Notes: generated by a model from the letters alone, not told the origin. A stretch of DNA of 64,000 nucleotides from an uncultured archaeon (GCA_938042195.1 CALIRQ010000007.1:71871-135870), one strand, 5' to 3'; shown: positions 39,293 to 49,620, counted from the first letter of the stretch. Translations and numbers: made by a program.

Positions 39293-39631
39293 GATTCGAT
39301 GGATCCTCGGCGATGTTTTTGCATAAAGCCGAAATTTATATCATTTGCCGGGCCAGCCCTCGGAAACTTTCGCATCAGACCGCTTGGGATGGCCCGGGTG
39401 GTTCGTTTGGCAGCTCCTCCATGGCGTCCCATCCCGCCCAGACCTCCGCCCCCTCTTGCCCCAGCCACCTGCAGAAGTCCGTAGGTCTCCTTACGTTGCG
39501 AATCCTAGCGGAAGGGATCAAGGCACGTAAGGTGATTGATGGGCGAGCTGAACTGGGCGAGGGGTTGGTAGGGGCCGAGGGCGCGAACTTTTTAAATCCC
39601 CCCGCCCCTGAGGGAATCGAGTGAGGGGTAT

Positions 39632-39802
39632 ATGGGCAAATGCGAAATCTGCGGCAAGGAGGGAGAGGGCCTCAGCCTGTTCTGGGCCGATCATAAAGAT
39701 CTTGGCTACATAGCGCTCTGCCAAGATTGTTGGAGGAAGCTATACGCCGAAAACTTGCTAGTCGGCGGAACGGGCTCGGGCGGCGGCGGATGTTGTGGAT
39801 AG
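39632..39802 (+). CDS. 56-aa zinc-finger-like small protein with a C-terminal GGGGCCG tail
   Basis: MGKCEICGK...LCQDCWRKLY...GSGGGGCCG*; GAGGGG RBS and TTTTTAAA TATA-like element upstream; below the ORF-track length cutoff. Confidence 0.75.
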   Translation: MGKCEICGKEGEGLSLFWADHKDLGYIALCQDCWRKLYAENLLVGGTGSGGGGCCG

Positions 39803-39929
39803 CTAGGATGCTTTAGAAAGCGGCCCACCTCTGGCCAATCGGCGGACCTTATGATCGGGCATATTCGCCAAGGGATGGACCCTAGAATCCATAATCCATT
39901 CGAGGGTAGCGCCCCCCTCCTACACCCAT

Positions 39930-40260
39930 GATCCCCTCGCCCTATGTGAAATTCGAGCAGGCATCGAATCCCCTAGCGCCCCTCAAAGCCCACGGGCCCC
40001 TTCCTCGGTCGAAGAGGGTCGAGGCCGGCATCGATCTGAGCTCATCCCCATATATGGCCAGCTCCCCCTCTCAGATAGGATCCCGCTTTCCCGAGCGAAC
40101 CTCTCGACCGGGAAACCAATTCGGGGAATCGATGCCCATAAGCTAGGGGATGAGGCTCACGTCGTGCCCCCTCTGGTATTCGATCCCATGGCCTTCAATG
40201 GCGCCTTGAGGCTTCTCCATGCGCTCTTCGCTCCTTATGGCATGGGCTCCATTCCTCGAT
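39930..40260 (-). pseudogene. Degraded HEPN domain gene
   Basis: GIEYQRGHDVS, NWF.VERFA, IYGDELRSMPASTLF fragments across frameshifts and a stop. Confidence 0.6.
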
Positions 40261-40314
40261 AACGGCCTTAGTCGATAAAGGTCCTATTTTGGAGCTATTG
40301 GAAGAGGCGTTTGG

Positions 40315-41460
40315 GCTCAGAAATTATTATAACTATTGGGGTGCCGGCATCGGCAGAGCCGCTTATCGGGTCGGCCAAGCTTGCCAAGAGGTCGCATAGC
40401 TCCCTCGGGGTCGTTCCCTTGGTGAGCATATCGTTTATCTCATGAGATCTCGCTTTTTCTGCCATTATCCGGACCTCTATTCCTCCCCCGCTTTTGGATT
40501 CTGGGAGGAACTTGTCGACCAGAAATTTGTATTTAACCCCCGACCTCCTCCCCTAACCTCCCGTTGAGGCGAAGTGGTTACTGGGTCTGCCAATTCTCAT
40601 ATCTTTTGGCGAGCCTTTATAAGCGCCATTGCCGTAGAGTAGCACCTCAACATTCGCTTTCTTTTCTTTCGCGATTCTCGTTTTGACTTCATTGGCGATC
40701 TTATTGGCTTGGGGGGCCAACTTCCATAGGACATGTTGTTGCTATAAAGCCCTCATTCCGACCACGATGGGGCGCTTGGGTCGTTGAAGAATTCTTGCAT
40801 CCTTATGAAATTTTCATACGCCGATTTTACTTTCCTCTTGGTTTCATCCTTTCATGGATATATGGATATTGGCTATGATTATGCCGTCGGGGTTTTGCTC
40901 GATTATTTCCAGAGGGTCGTTGGATGGGAAAATCTCTGGAAGAACCCTCGTTTTCCACGGTTTTTGATAAAGGGCCAGGCAGTTCACCCCCTATATGGAT
41001 GGGGAAAATCCTTGCCCTCCAAATCCTTGGCGGTTATCTCTCCGTTCAACCCTATTCCGGTTTCATCAAGGTATTCCTGAGGGATTATTGGATTTCCAAC
41101 ATCATCTTTTGGATAGGGGATTGGGTTATGGCCCCTCCTTTTTCACGGCCCTAGCGAAACCTCGAAGGAGGGGGAGAAAGCGGTTACGGCTTATTATCGG
41201 CCAAAGGATGCCAAAGCTGTGCTGGCTTATTTTCAGTTTTGAGTTTCTTCGGCAATTTGGTCGATAGTGACCTAATTGTTTTGGGCTCGCGACAATCGAC
41301 TCCGTAATGCAAATATGTCGCCATCTCCTATAACTCCGTCGGTTATTCCCTTATCCACCGCTTAGCAGACAAACTCGATCACATCATCGCCAGGCGGTAG
41401 AACGCCGGATTTTATCCCGAAGGAAACCTTGCCCAAATAGTCAGGCAACCTAATATCCAA
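40315..41460 (-). pseudogene. Near full-length, heavily frameshifted gamma-glutamyl ligase (F420-0:L-glutamate ligase/CofE-like family) gene
   Basis: Collinear fragments RLPDYLG..GIKSGV..PGDD / CITESIVA / AQNN*VT / SRNRF / YPKDDVGNPI / VEVLLYGNGAYK / GVKYKFLVD / GTTPRELCDLLASLAD.ISGSADAGTPIV. Confidence 0.75.
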
Positions 41461-41773
41461 CAACCCTAGGCCTCCCCCCTCTTTGAAAAAATATTCAAAA
41501 CTATCCGCGGGCGGCTCGCCAAGCCTAAAATGGGGGAAAATGACGGAAATAAAGGGCCTCAAATCTAAACCCTCTCTGAAATCCGGAACCTTGAAGCAAG
41601 TTATGGGCCAGCGCCTCTGAGCCGATGCCCTCCGCCAAATCCGTCGGGATCGGCCCCGACCTCGGGCTCTTCCCATGGGGCAAGCTTCCGCATTGGGCCA
41701 TGCGGCATAAAAAGGCGCTCAGTAAACCTCATATGGCGCCGCAGGCATTTTATGTCCGGGGAAAGGCTCGACA

Positions 41774-42805
41774 ATGGGCGTGGATCTATCCGATCTTTTG
41801 CCCAAAAGGAAGTTGGAGATCAAGGAGCTATCCGGGAAGCCCCTCGCGATAGACGCCTACAACGCCATTTACCAATTCTTGGCCATAATAAGGGGGGAAT
41901 CCGGGGAGCCGCTCATGGATCGGCGCGGCAACATCACCAGCCACCTGAGCGGCCTCCTGTATAGGACGTCGAACCTCGTTGAGATGGGGATAAGGCCCGT
42001 TTACGTCTTCGATGGGAAGCCGCCGGAGCTGAAGGAGGTGGAGATAAGGAGGAGGAGGGAGATCAAGGAGGAGGCCATATCCAAGTACGAGGAAGCCCTC
42101 AGGGCCGGGGATTTGGCGGAGGCCAAGAAGTACGCCCAGATGACCTCTCAGCTCAAGGGGCCGATGGTCGAGGACGCTAAGAGACTGTTAACGGCCATGG
42201 GCATCCCTTGGGTTCAAGCGCCATCGGAGGGGGAGGCCCAAGCGGCCCACATGGCCATCAGGGGCGATGTCTGGGCGACCGCCTCCCAAGACCACGATTC
42301 GCTGCTCTTTGGGACCCCTAGGCTCCTCAGGAACTTGGCGATCACCGGCAAGAGGAAGCTCCCCGGGAGGGACCTCTACATAGAGGTGGAGCCCGAACTA
42401 ATAGAGCTTTCGAGGGTCTTATCGGAGCTCGGAATCGATAGGGAGCGCCTCATAGAGATAGGGATACTCGTTGGAACGGACTTCAACCCGGATGGCATAA
42501 GGGGCATTGGGCCCAAAAGGGCGCTAAAGCTCGTGAAGGAAGCGGGTGGGCTCGAAGGAGCCCTTGGGAGACTGGGAATCCGCCCCAGCTTCGACCCCAG
42601 CGAGATAAAGCGCATATTCTTGGAGCCGGAGGTCACGTCTGATTATAAGCTCGAATGGAGGGAGCCCGATGAGGGAGAGGTCATGGGCTTCCTATGCGGG
42701 GAGAGGGACTTCTCCGAAGCAAGGGTTAGGAACGCCTTGGAGAAAATGAAAGCTGGCATCAAGAGAGCGGCGGCCACCAGGACCCTCGAATCCTTCTTCG
42801 GGTGA
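41774..42805 (+). CDS. fen: Flap endonuclease 1
   Basis: [39 protein letters not shown]-terminal PIP-like TLESFF. Confidence 0.97.
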   Translation: MGVDLSDLLPKRKLEIKELSGKPLAIDAYNAIYQFLAIIRGESGEPLMDRRGNITSHLSGLLYRTSNLVEMGIRPVYVFDGKPPELKEVEIRRRREIKEEAISKYEEALRAGDLAEAKKYAQMTSQLKGPMVEDAKRLLTAMGIPWVQAPSEGEAQAAHMAIRGDVWATASQDHDSLLFGTPRLLRNLAITGKRKLPGRDLYIEVEPELIELSRVLSELGIDRERLIEIGILVGTDFNPDGIRGIGPKRALKLVKEAGGLEGALGRLGIRPSFDPSEIKRIFLEPEVTSDYKLEWREPDEGEVMGFLCGERDFSEARVRNALEKMKAGIKRAAATRTLESFFG

Positions 42806-43061
42806 GGGGGGAGCGTCTCCGATTCCGAGAACTGATCGCGGGCAATCCATAGACCCGCTCCGTGAAGTCCTCGAAGCCCTAAGATAGCTGTTTTTTGAGG
42901 CGCTCTGCCCTACGCCTCGAAAGACTTGCCCTGACTCGCTTCGATAGATCTTCAGCAACTAATGGTCGAGCTTGCGCGCCTCTTGGAATTCCCCTGGGGA
43001 AGGGCCTTTCCGAGCTTTTTCTATATACTTTGAGCTGAAGATATATTCAATATTTACTTTA

Positions 43062-43076
43062 TATCACATAGTGATA
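43062..43076. promoter_or_regulatory. Palindrome TATCAC-N3-GTGATA at the hydrogenase operon promoter
   Basis: Perfect 6-bp arms overlapping and immediately following TTTATA (43058-43063). Confidence 0.5.
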
Positions 43077-43165
43077 CAATTTGTCCATGGAAAGATTTTT
43101 CTAATACCGAAGCTGGTAAAGAGTCTTCGAAAGCATCGGAAGAATGCGCAAGGAAGTTGGGGGCA

Positions 43166-44197
43166 ATGGGGGGGAAGGTCATCGCAAAGGACTCCTTGGG
43201 GGAGTTCGTTTCAAAGCTCTCCGAGCGATATAGGATATTTGGCCCTAGGAAGAAGGGAACCGAGTGGATATTCGATGAAGTCCGGTCGGCCGAGGAGATG
43301 GATCTTCGCTATTCAACGACCATCCTGCCGCCCCGAAAGTTCTTCATTCCGACATCCGAGCGCATATTCTCTTTCAAAATGGATGGTGGGGTTGAGGAGC
43401 CCGAGGAGCGAGATGGCCCATCGCTGATATTCGGGATACACTCCTGCGATCTGAACGCCCTTCTCTTACTCGATATGGTCTTTTTGGAGGGGGAGTTTCC
43501 CTCCCCCAGCTATGCTAGAAGGAGGGAGCGCACAGCGCTGGTGGCGTTGACGTGCATCGATCCAAGCGAGAATTGCTTTTGCGAATCGATGGGGACCGGG
43601 CCATCCCCAGCCGGGGGATATGACGTCCTATTGACCGATCTGGGGAGGGAGTACTTGGCCGAATCGGGCTCGAGGAGGGGGGAAGAGATGCTCGCCCTCG
43701 CGAAGGGCAGGGCGGTAACCGCGGCTGATCTCGAGGGGAAGGCCAAGGCGATAGAGTGCGCGAAATCCAAGTTCAAAAAGAAAGTGGACCTGAAGGGCAT
43801 CGATGAACTATTCCTGAGAAACTTGGATAACCCGGTATGGAAGCGGTTGGGGGAGAAGGATCTGGCATGCGGCATCTGCGTCAACTCCTGCCCAACGTGC
43901 TTCTGCTTCGATGTGAGGGACCAGCTCGACTTCCCAATGGTCGGCGGCGTCAGGTATAAGGAATGGGACGCCTGCGTATTGCTCGAGTTCTCCCAAGTGG
44001 CCTTGGGCGGGAACTTCAGGCGCGATAGGGCGGCTAGGATAAGGCAGTTTATAGGTCACAACCTCGGATGGGGAGGCGCATCTCAATTCAGGGAGTTCAA
44101 GGGGAGGGCGAAATGCGTCGGATGCGGCAGGTGCATAAGGTATTGCCCAGCCGGGATAGACCTGACGGAGGTCGTCAAGGAGTTGAGGGGAATATGA
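43166..44197 (+). CDS. hydB: Group 3b sulfhydrogenase beta subunit (4Fe-4S, AsrA-like)
   Basis: GIHSCD, NCFC, LACGICVNSCPTCFCF, CVGCGRCIRYCP. Confidence 0.9.
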   Translation: MGGKVIAKDSLGEFVSKLSERYRIFGPRKKGTEWIFDEVRSAEEMDLRYSTTILPPRKFFIPTSERIFSFKMDGGVEEPEERDGPSLIFGIHSCDLNALLLLDMVFLEGEFPSPSYARRRERTALVALTCIDPSENCFCESMGTGPSPAGGYDVLLTDLGREYLAESGSRRGEEMLALAKGRAVTAADLEGKAKAIECAKSKFKKKVDLKGIDELFLRNLDNPVWKRLGEKDLACGICVNSCPTCFCFDVRDQLDFPMVGGVRYKEWDACVLLEFSQVALGGNFRRDRAARIRQFIGHNLGWGGASQFREFKGRAKCVGCGRCIRYCPAGIDLTEVVKELRGI

Positions 44198-45036
44198 GGC
44201 TGGAAAACCCATACTTGGCGGAGGAATGCGCCGTAAAAAGGGTGAAAAGGCAAACGCCTGACGTGTATACCTATACGATTTCCTACCCGAGGGGATCGAA
44301 TAGGTTGCGTATGCCGTTCAGGCCCGGGCAATTCATAATGGTTTCGATCCCCGGAATCGGGGAGGCTCCCTTCTCCTTCAGCGCTTGGGACGATGGGAAG
44401 GGGATCTTCGATACGACCATTAGGACCGTTGGAAACGTGACATCGGCGCTCATGAAGAGGGGCGAGGGCCAAAGGGTCTGGGTCCGCGGCCCCTATGGAA
44501 GGGGCTGGCCGATGGAGGAGGCGAAGGGGAAGGACGTTCTGATAGTGGCAGGTGGGATCGGGATGGCCCCCCTAAGGCCCGTCATAGAGCTGGTGGCGAA
44601 GAATAGGAGGAGCTACGGGGGCTTGGAAATATTGTATGGCGCGAGAACGCCCAATGACCTGCTCTTCGCCGATGAGTTTGAATCTTGGAAGGGGATCCCG
44701 GATGCGGATCTCCTGTTAACGGTCGACTCGGTTCCGAAGGGAATCGAGTGGGATCATGGCGTGGGCGTGGTCACGACCTTGTTCGATAGGATGCGAACCG
44801 AGCCGAACGATTCGATCGTAATGACCTGCGGCCCGGAGATAATGATGAAGTTCGTGGTCAAGGGCCTCTTGGCCATGGGCTTTCAACCAAAGGATCTTTA
44901 TCTCTCGTTGGAGAGGAGGATGAAATGCGGAATAGCCCAATGCGGCCATTGCCAAATCGGGCCGAAGTTCGTATGCCGGGACGGCCCCGTCTTCCCATAT
45001 TCGGAGCTGAGGGGCCTGCCGGATCTTCTGGTATAA
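44194..45036 (+). CDS. hydG: Sulfhydrogenase gamma subunit (FAD/NAD(P)-binding, 2Fe-2S)
   Basis: PGQF, GEAPFS, RGPYG, AGGIG, CGPEIMM, ERRMKCGIAQCGHC..CRDGPVF. Confidence 0.92.
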   Translation: MRLENPYLAEECAVKRVKRQTPDVYTYTISYPRGSNRLRMPFRPGQFIMVSIPGIGEAPFSFSAWDDGKGIFDTTIRTVGNVTSALMKRGEGQRVWVRGPYGRGWPMEEAKGKDVLIVAGGIGMAPLRPVIELVAKNRRSYGGLEILYGARTPNDLLFADEFESWKGIPDADLLLTVDSVPKGIEWDHGVGVVTTLFDRMRTEPNDSIVMTCGPEIMMKFVVKGLLAMGFQPKDLYLSLERRMKCGIAQCGHCQIGPKFVCRDGPVFPYSELRGLPDLLV

Positions 45037-45048
45037 AGGAGAGGGGTT

Positions 45049-45828
45049 ATGGCGAAGCCTAAATTGGCCGTGGTCAAGATGACGGGTTGCGCCGGTTGCC
45101 AGATGGAGGTCCTCCGCATAGAGGATAAGCTCTTGGACCTCGTGGGAGCAGTCGATGTGGCCTATTTCTATATGGCCACGAGCGCCAATCGGCACGGGCC
45201 CTACGATGTGGCCCTAGTGGAGGGCTCCGTATCGACCCCTAGGGAGCTCAGGGAACTGAAGGAGCTCAGGGAGAGGACGAAGCTCTTGATAGCGCTCGGG
45301 GATTGCGCTTGCAGCGGTTGCTTGCCATCCATAGTGAATTGGGTACCGCCGCAGGAGTCGGCTAAGGTGTATGAACGGTTCTTGGAGATCCATTCTAAGA
45401 AGGAATCTTTCCAGAGGGTATACCCTTTGTCCGCTCATGTGCGCGTGGACTTGGAGCTGAGGGGGTGCCCTCCCCATAGGGATGCGATACTGGAGGCACT
45501 CAAGGGCGCCCTTTTGGGGATCAAGCCATTCCTCAGGGAGCACCCGGTCTGCGTCGAGTGCAAGCTGAAGGAGAACGTATGCCTTCTGGTTTGCGAGGGC
45601 AGGCCTTGCATGGGGCCCGTCACCGCCGCCGGTTGCGGGGCCGCCTGCCCATCGAACGGCAGGGTTTGTGAGGGGTGCTATGGCCCGATGAGCGATGCGA
45701 ACGCCAGCTCCTTGGCAGAGATACTCGCTAAGAGGTGCGGCCTCTCAAGGGAGGATCTGATCGGGAAGTTCAGGAAATACGCCGGGCTCACGCCAGCGTT
45801 CTCGAAGGAGGCCAGTGGGGGAATATGA
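45049..45828 (+). CDS. hydD: Sulfhydrogenase delta ([NiFe] small) subunit
   Basis: TGCAGCQ, EGSVST, GDCAC, GCPP, CVECK, CMGPVT..GCGA.CP. Confidence 0.92.
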   Translation: MAKPKLAVVKMTGCAGCQMEVLRIEDKLLDLVGAVDVAYFYMATSANRHGPYDVALVEGSVSTPRELRELKELRERTKLLIALGDCACSGCLPSIVNWVPPQESAKVYERFLEIHSKKESFQRVYPLSAHVRVDLELRGCPPHRDAILEALKGALLGIKPFLREHPVCVECKLKENVCLLVCEGRPCMGPVTAAGCGAACPSNGRVCEGCYGPMSDANASSLAEILAKRCGLSREDLIGKFRKYAGLTPAFSKEASGGI

Positions 45829-47111
45829 GCCAGATCAGGGAAATAAGGGTCGATTACGTGGCCAGGGTCGAGGGCCAAGCGGAGATATTGGTTAAGGTCA
45901 TGGGCGGGAAGGTCGAGGAGGCGAAGTTAGCGGTCTTCGAGCCGCCGCGCTTCTTCGAGACCTTCATGGTTGGGAGGAGATGCGGCGAGGCCCATGAGAT
46001 AGCATCCCGGATATGCGGCATATGCCACGTGCCCCATCAGGTCGCGGCCTTGGAGGCCGTCGAGGACGGATTGGGCATAGAGGTCGACGGCCAAACGAGG
46101 GCCCTTAGGAAGTTGTTGAATTACGCGAACCATATATCGAGCCATGCGCTGAGCATTTACTTCCTCTCGGTCCCGGACTACTTCGGGAAGCCGGATGTAT
46201 TGTCCATGGCGGGCGAGCGCCCGGACTTGGTTAGGAACGCCATAAGGCTGAAGAAAGTCGGGGACGACATAACGGAGAGGTTTGGGGGGAGGGCGATACA
46301 TCCAATAACGATGGTCGTGAATGGGTTCACGAGAATACCGACCAAGGCCGATCTCGAATGGGCCAAGAGGGAGCTGCTCGCGATGAAGGGCTTCGCGATG
46401 GAGGGCGTTGATTTCGTGGCCGACTTGGATGTGCCGGACTTCGAAAGGAGGTGCGAGCATATTGCGCTCTCGCAGGCCGATCAATACGCCATAAACGAGG
46501 GGCGCCTCGTATCGACGGAGGGCTTGGACATATCCCCGAGGGAGTATAGGGCTCATATCGAGGAAACGCACACCGATTACTCTTGGACCAAGCGGTCGAT
46601 CGTGAGGGGCCGCGACTCCTTCTTAGTAGGCCCATTGGCAAGGGTGAACTTGAACTTCGATAAGCTCTCCGACGACGCAAGGGAAGCGGCGAAGAGGGTC
46701 GGCTTTAAGCCTCCTATCTTTAATCCATTCATGGCGATGCTCGCTAGGGCCATAGAGCTCGTTAATGCGATAGACGACAGCGTCTCCATAATTGAAAACC
46801 TAAGGCTCGAAAATGGGCCGGTTACTGAGGAATCCTTCGAAGTCAGGGCCGGAGATGGGTTCGCGATCGTTGAGGCTCCCAGGGGCATCCTCTATCACAA
46901 CTACGCCTTCGATTCCAATGGGCTCATCCAAAAGGCCGATGTTGTGACGCCGACCGCCCACAACTCGAGGAACATAGAGAGGGATCTGGAGGCCCTGGCC
47001 CCGGAGCTTTGCGGGATGTCACCGGAGGAGGCAACCCTCAAATGCGAGATGTTGTTGAGAGCTTACGACCCGTGCATATCATGCTCGGTCCATTTGGTCG
47101 AGGTGAAGTGA
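45825..47111 (+). CDS. hydA: Group 3b [NiFe]-hydrogenase large (alpha) subunit
   Basis: ARVEG, L1 RICGICHVPH, EAPRG, L2 RAYDPCISCSVH plus a short cleavable tail. Confidence 0.95.
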   Translation: MSQIREIRVDYVARVEGQAEILVKVMGGKVEEAKLAVFEPPRFFETFMVGRRCGEAHEIASRICGICHVPHQVAALEAVEDGLGIEVDGQTRALRKLLNYANHISSHALSIYFLSVPDYFGKPDVLSMAGERPDLVRNAIRLKKVGDDITERFGGRAIHPITMVVNGFTRIPTKADLEWAKRELLAMKGFAMEGVDFVADLDVPDFERRCEHIALSQADQYAINEGRLVSTEGLDISPREYRAHIEETHTDYSWTKRSIVRGRDSFLVGPLARVNLNFDKLSDDAREAAKRVGFKPPIFNPFMAMLARAIELVNAIDDSVSIIENLRLENGPVTEESFEVRAGDGFAIVEAPRGILYHNYAFDSNGLIQKADVVTPTAHNSRNIERDLEALAPELCGMSPEEATLKCEMLLRAYDPCISCSVHLVEVK

Positions 47112-47179
47112 TCGGAGGCAACCCTTTAGGGCCGCTAATGTTAAATTCTCCCTTGATGCCAATAAAAATGGGAGCGGAC

Positions 47180-47593
47180 ATGGTTAGCCCTAAGATCGTG
47201 AGACCGGGCGACGTCCAGGAGATAACTTGGCCCGGCGGGGGAAGGGGGCGGAGGATGGTTCATCCCGATGTCGTGGGGTCCAAGAAGTTGGTCCTCGGCA
47301 TAATCCGAGCGGAGCCCGGGAAATCCCCCCATAGATGGCATACCCATACGCGCGATAAGGGAGAGGGGTTTGAGGTAGAATATCCGCCCGATTTTGAGGA
47401 GGCTTACGCGGTGGTGAAGGGGAATGGGACCCTCTTCTGGCGCGAGGATGGGAAGGAGGTTAGCGCTCCAGTCCAAGAGGGCGACGTCATCTATTTCCCG
47501 ATCGGCGTAGCCGAAAGCCAGTTGGTGAATACGGGGGATGAGGATATGATCATAGTGTTCGCTACTACGCCGCCCGTGAAGGTAATAAAATGA
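47180..47593 (+). CDS. Cupin domain protein
   Basis: PHRWHTH...EEAYAVVKG, GDVIYFP, N.G motifs; GGAG RBS before ATG 47180. Confidence 0.8.
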   Translation: MVSPKIVRPGDVQEITWPGGGRGRRMVHPDVVGSKKLVLGIIRAEPGKSPHRWHTHTRDKGEGFEVEYPPDFEEAYAVVKGNGTLFWREDGKEVSAPVQEGDVIYFPIGVAESQLVNTGDEDMIIVFATTPPVKVIK

Positions 47594-47600
47594 TGGCGAC

Positions 47601-48299
47601 TTAGCTCCTCCAACCGTATTTTCCCCTCATCGGCACGAAGGCCACCCCCCCGAGGTTTTCCTTGAGGATCTTCCCGTCCCCCCTCTTAACAACCTTTATC
47701 AAATCCTGCCCAAGATAGAGCTCCCCGACCGGGATGAGCATGACGCCGTTGGGCTTCAGCTGTTCTATTAGGGGCTCTGGGATCTCCGGCGCGGCGCTCG
47801 TGACTATGATGACATCGAACCTCCGATCATCCAAGCCCCCCGAGGCATCCGCGTGCACAACCGTGACCCTGTCGGAATATCCGGCCCTTTCGACATTCCT
47901 CTTGGCGTATTCCGCCAGCTCCTTTATTATCTCAGCCGTCCACACATGCCCCCAAGCCTCTTTTGGGCCTTCGGTCGGGGCCACGATCTCGGCGTAGACG
48001 CAGCTCATATAGCCACAGCCCGCTCCAACCTCCAGGACCTCATCGCCCAATTTCATGCCGCTGCATTCGCAGAAGATCGCGGTCATGTGGAGGGCGCTCG
48101 TGGTCTGGCCATAGCCTATGGGCAATGGGGCATCGACGTAGGCATCATCCCGGACCTCCTCAGGGAGGAATAGCTCCCTTGGGACCCTACGGAAGGCCTC
48201 TATGACCTCCCGCCTCTTGAGAAGGCCCTCCCTAATGAGGGCCTCGATGGCCCGCTCCCTCTTCAGGGCCATCTCCTCCTCTGGCAAACCATCCGGCAC
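47601..48299 (-). CDS. pcm: Protein-L-isoaspartate O-methyltransferase
   Basis: VPRELF, AY.DAPLPIGYGQT, VLEVGAGCGY, FVPM.G. Confidence 0.93.
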   Translation of the reverse strand: MPDGLPEEEMALKRERAIEALIREGLLKRREVIEAFRRVPRELFLPEEVRDDAYVDAPLPIGYGQTTSALHMTAIFCECSGMKLGDEVLEVGAGCGYMSCVYAEIVAPTEGPKEAWGHVWTAEIIKELAEYAKRNVERAGYSDRVTVVHADASGGLDDRRFDVIIVTSAAPEIPEPLIEQLKPNGVMLIPVGELYLGQDLIKVVKRGDGKILKENLGGVAFVPMRGKYGWRS

Positions 48300-48366
48300 C
48301 GATATCGTTTTTGGACCCCCGCATTTAATAGTATTTTAAGGGGGGTGGGCGGATCTGCCAAGGGCA

Positions 48367-48783
48367 TTGGAGCTCATCGAGGCCTTCGGACATCCGAATA
48401 TAAGGGCCGCCCACAGGACGACCTTTGCGATCACCAAGGATGAATGGCTCTCCATAAGCGGCGATTGCATAATAGGCGTGAGGGCCAATAAATCCGCATT
48501 GGGCTTCTCGGGAGCCTTCAAGGCGATCGCTAAATCGCCTGGGTCCAGGATCGAGATGGTCTTAGAGGCGCGTGGGATCAAGGAGGTCATCCATGGCTTT
48601 GGGGATCCCGGGCTGACCTTTGGGGATCCCAGGGATTTAGTGGTCAGGAGGAGCTCCTTCAAGTGTCCTAGGACGATAATGGTAAGGTCCGATAAGGCCG
48701 CTGCGGACCTCTCCAGGCAGCTCATTCGAGCGCTCCAAGACCCAAGCTCAAGGTTAAGGGCCCTATTGATCGTCGAGTCCTAG
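48367..48783 (+). CDS. DUF371 family archaeal protein
   Basis: GHPNIRAAHRTTF.ITKD..L...GDCIIGV, SDKAAADL. Confidence 0.88.
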   Translation: MELIEAFGHPNIRAAHRTTFAITKDEWLSISGDCIIGVRANKSALGFSGAFKAIAKSPGSRIEMVLEARGIKEVIHGFGDPGLTFGDPRDLVVRRSSFKCPRTIMVRSDKAAADLSRQLIRALQDPSSRLRALLIVES

Positions 48784-48856
48784 CGGTCTGAGAAAAACCA
48801 ATATATTGGTATTGGGATTATATAATACGAATCAGGAGCCATTTTGGGGATCCGCC

Positions 48857-49168
48857 TTGGCCAAATGGCATAGGAGGGAGGAGTTGTCTGGAAAGGAAGT
48901 GATAGATCATGAAGCTAAAAGGATCGGCACGGTGAAGGATCTGGCGTATTCAACGGATGGGAAGTTAGCGCTCTTGATCCAGAGGGAGGGAGGGGAGGAG
49001 GGCTTCCTCCCCTTCGGCAGCGTGGAGAGGATAGGCGACGTCATATTCGTGAAACCCCAAGCCAGCATAGAGCCGATCCCGATGAGGACATGTCCGAGCT
49101 GTAAGCTAAAGGTCCCTGAGGATGCTAAGTTCTGCCCTCGTTGCGGCAAGAGGTTTGAGGGGAAATGA
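48857..49168 (+). CDS. PRC-barrel domain protein with a C-terminal zinc ribbon
   Basis: LSGKEVID..A.RIGTVKD, PF.SVERIGDVIFVK, CPSC..KFCPRCG. Confidence 0.82.
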   Translation: MAKWHRREELSGKEVIDHEAKRIGTVKDLAYSTDGKLALLIQREGGEEGFLPFGSVERIGDVIFVKPQASIEPIPMRTCPSCKLKVPEDAKFCPRCGKRFEGK

Positions 49169-49620
49169 GCGGGGCGAACCGCGGGGAAGAGGCCAGCGGC
49201 CTCATGCGGGTGAACGTATTCATAACGAATATCTCGGGGGAGAGATTGTGGGACGTCGACAGGTTGCTCCCGTCCCAAGTCCAGATACTGGTGAACATAA
49301 ACGTGCTGGAGATGGAGCGAAGGGAATCCTCAATAGAGGTGCCCTTCTTTTTATCCGTGAACTTCTCCCCGGCCATCGCCCTGATTAACATAAAAGGGAA
49401 GGCCAAGGTCATGGGGAATGCGGAATCCCTTGGGAAGGTCATGGAGGATTATTCCCAAAGAAGGCCCCCGCCGATCCAATTGATACAGGCCATATCGAAC
49501 GCGGCCATTGCGGAGGCGGTATTGATAAGTAGGAGCTTGGGAATACCCCCGCCCCTGCCTCCCCTACCTCAGCCCTCAGGGGATCAAAGGCCGAGTTTGA
49601 ACATGAAATATACATCTTGA
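49165..49620 (+). CDS. Conserved archaeal hypothetical protein
   Basis: Coding-like ORF with ATGA overlap to the upstream gene; beta-rich N-terminus and C-terminal LGIPPPLP. Confidence 0.7.
   Translation: MSGANRGEEASGLMRVNVFITNISGERLWDVDRLLPSQVQILVNINVLEMERRESSIEVPFFLSVNFSPAIALINIKGKAKVMGNAESLGKVMEDYSQRRPPPIQLIQAISNAAIAEAVLISRSLGIPPPLPPLPQPSGDQRPSLNMKYTS

Noticed and set aside
39340-39600. Short ORFs between the tRNA and the Cys-rich microprotein
   Set aside because: No motif support; partly overlap promoter regions
38050-41770. Integrated mobile element at tRNA-Leu
   Set aside because: No integrase, transposase or duplicated tRNA 3' end was seen in the window
42806-43040. Possible gene remnant between fen and the hydrogenase operon
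   Set aside because: Could not assign any family from the translated fragments
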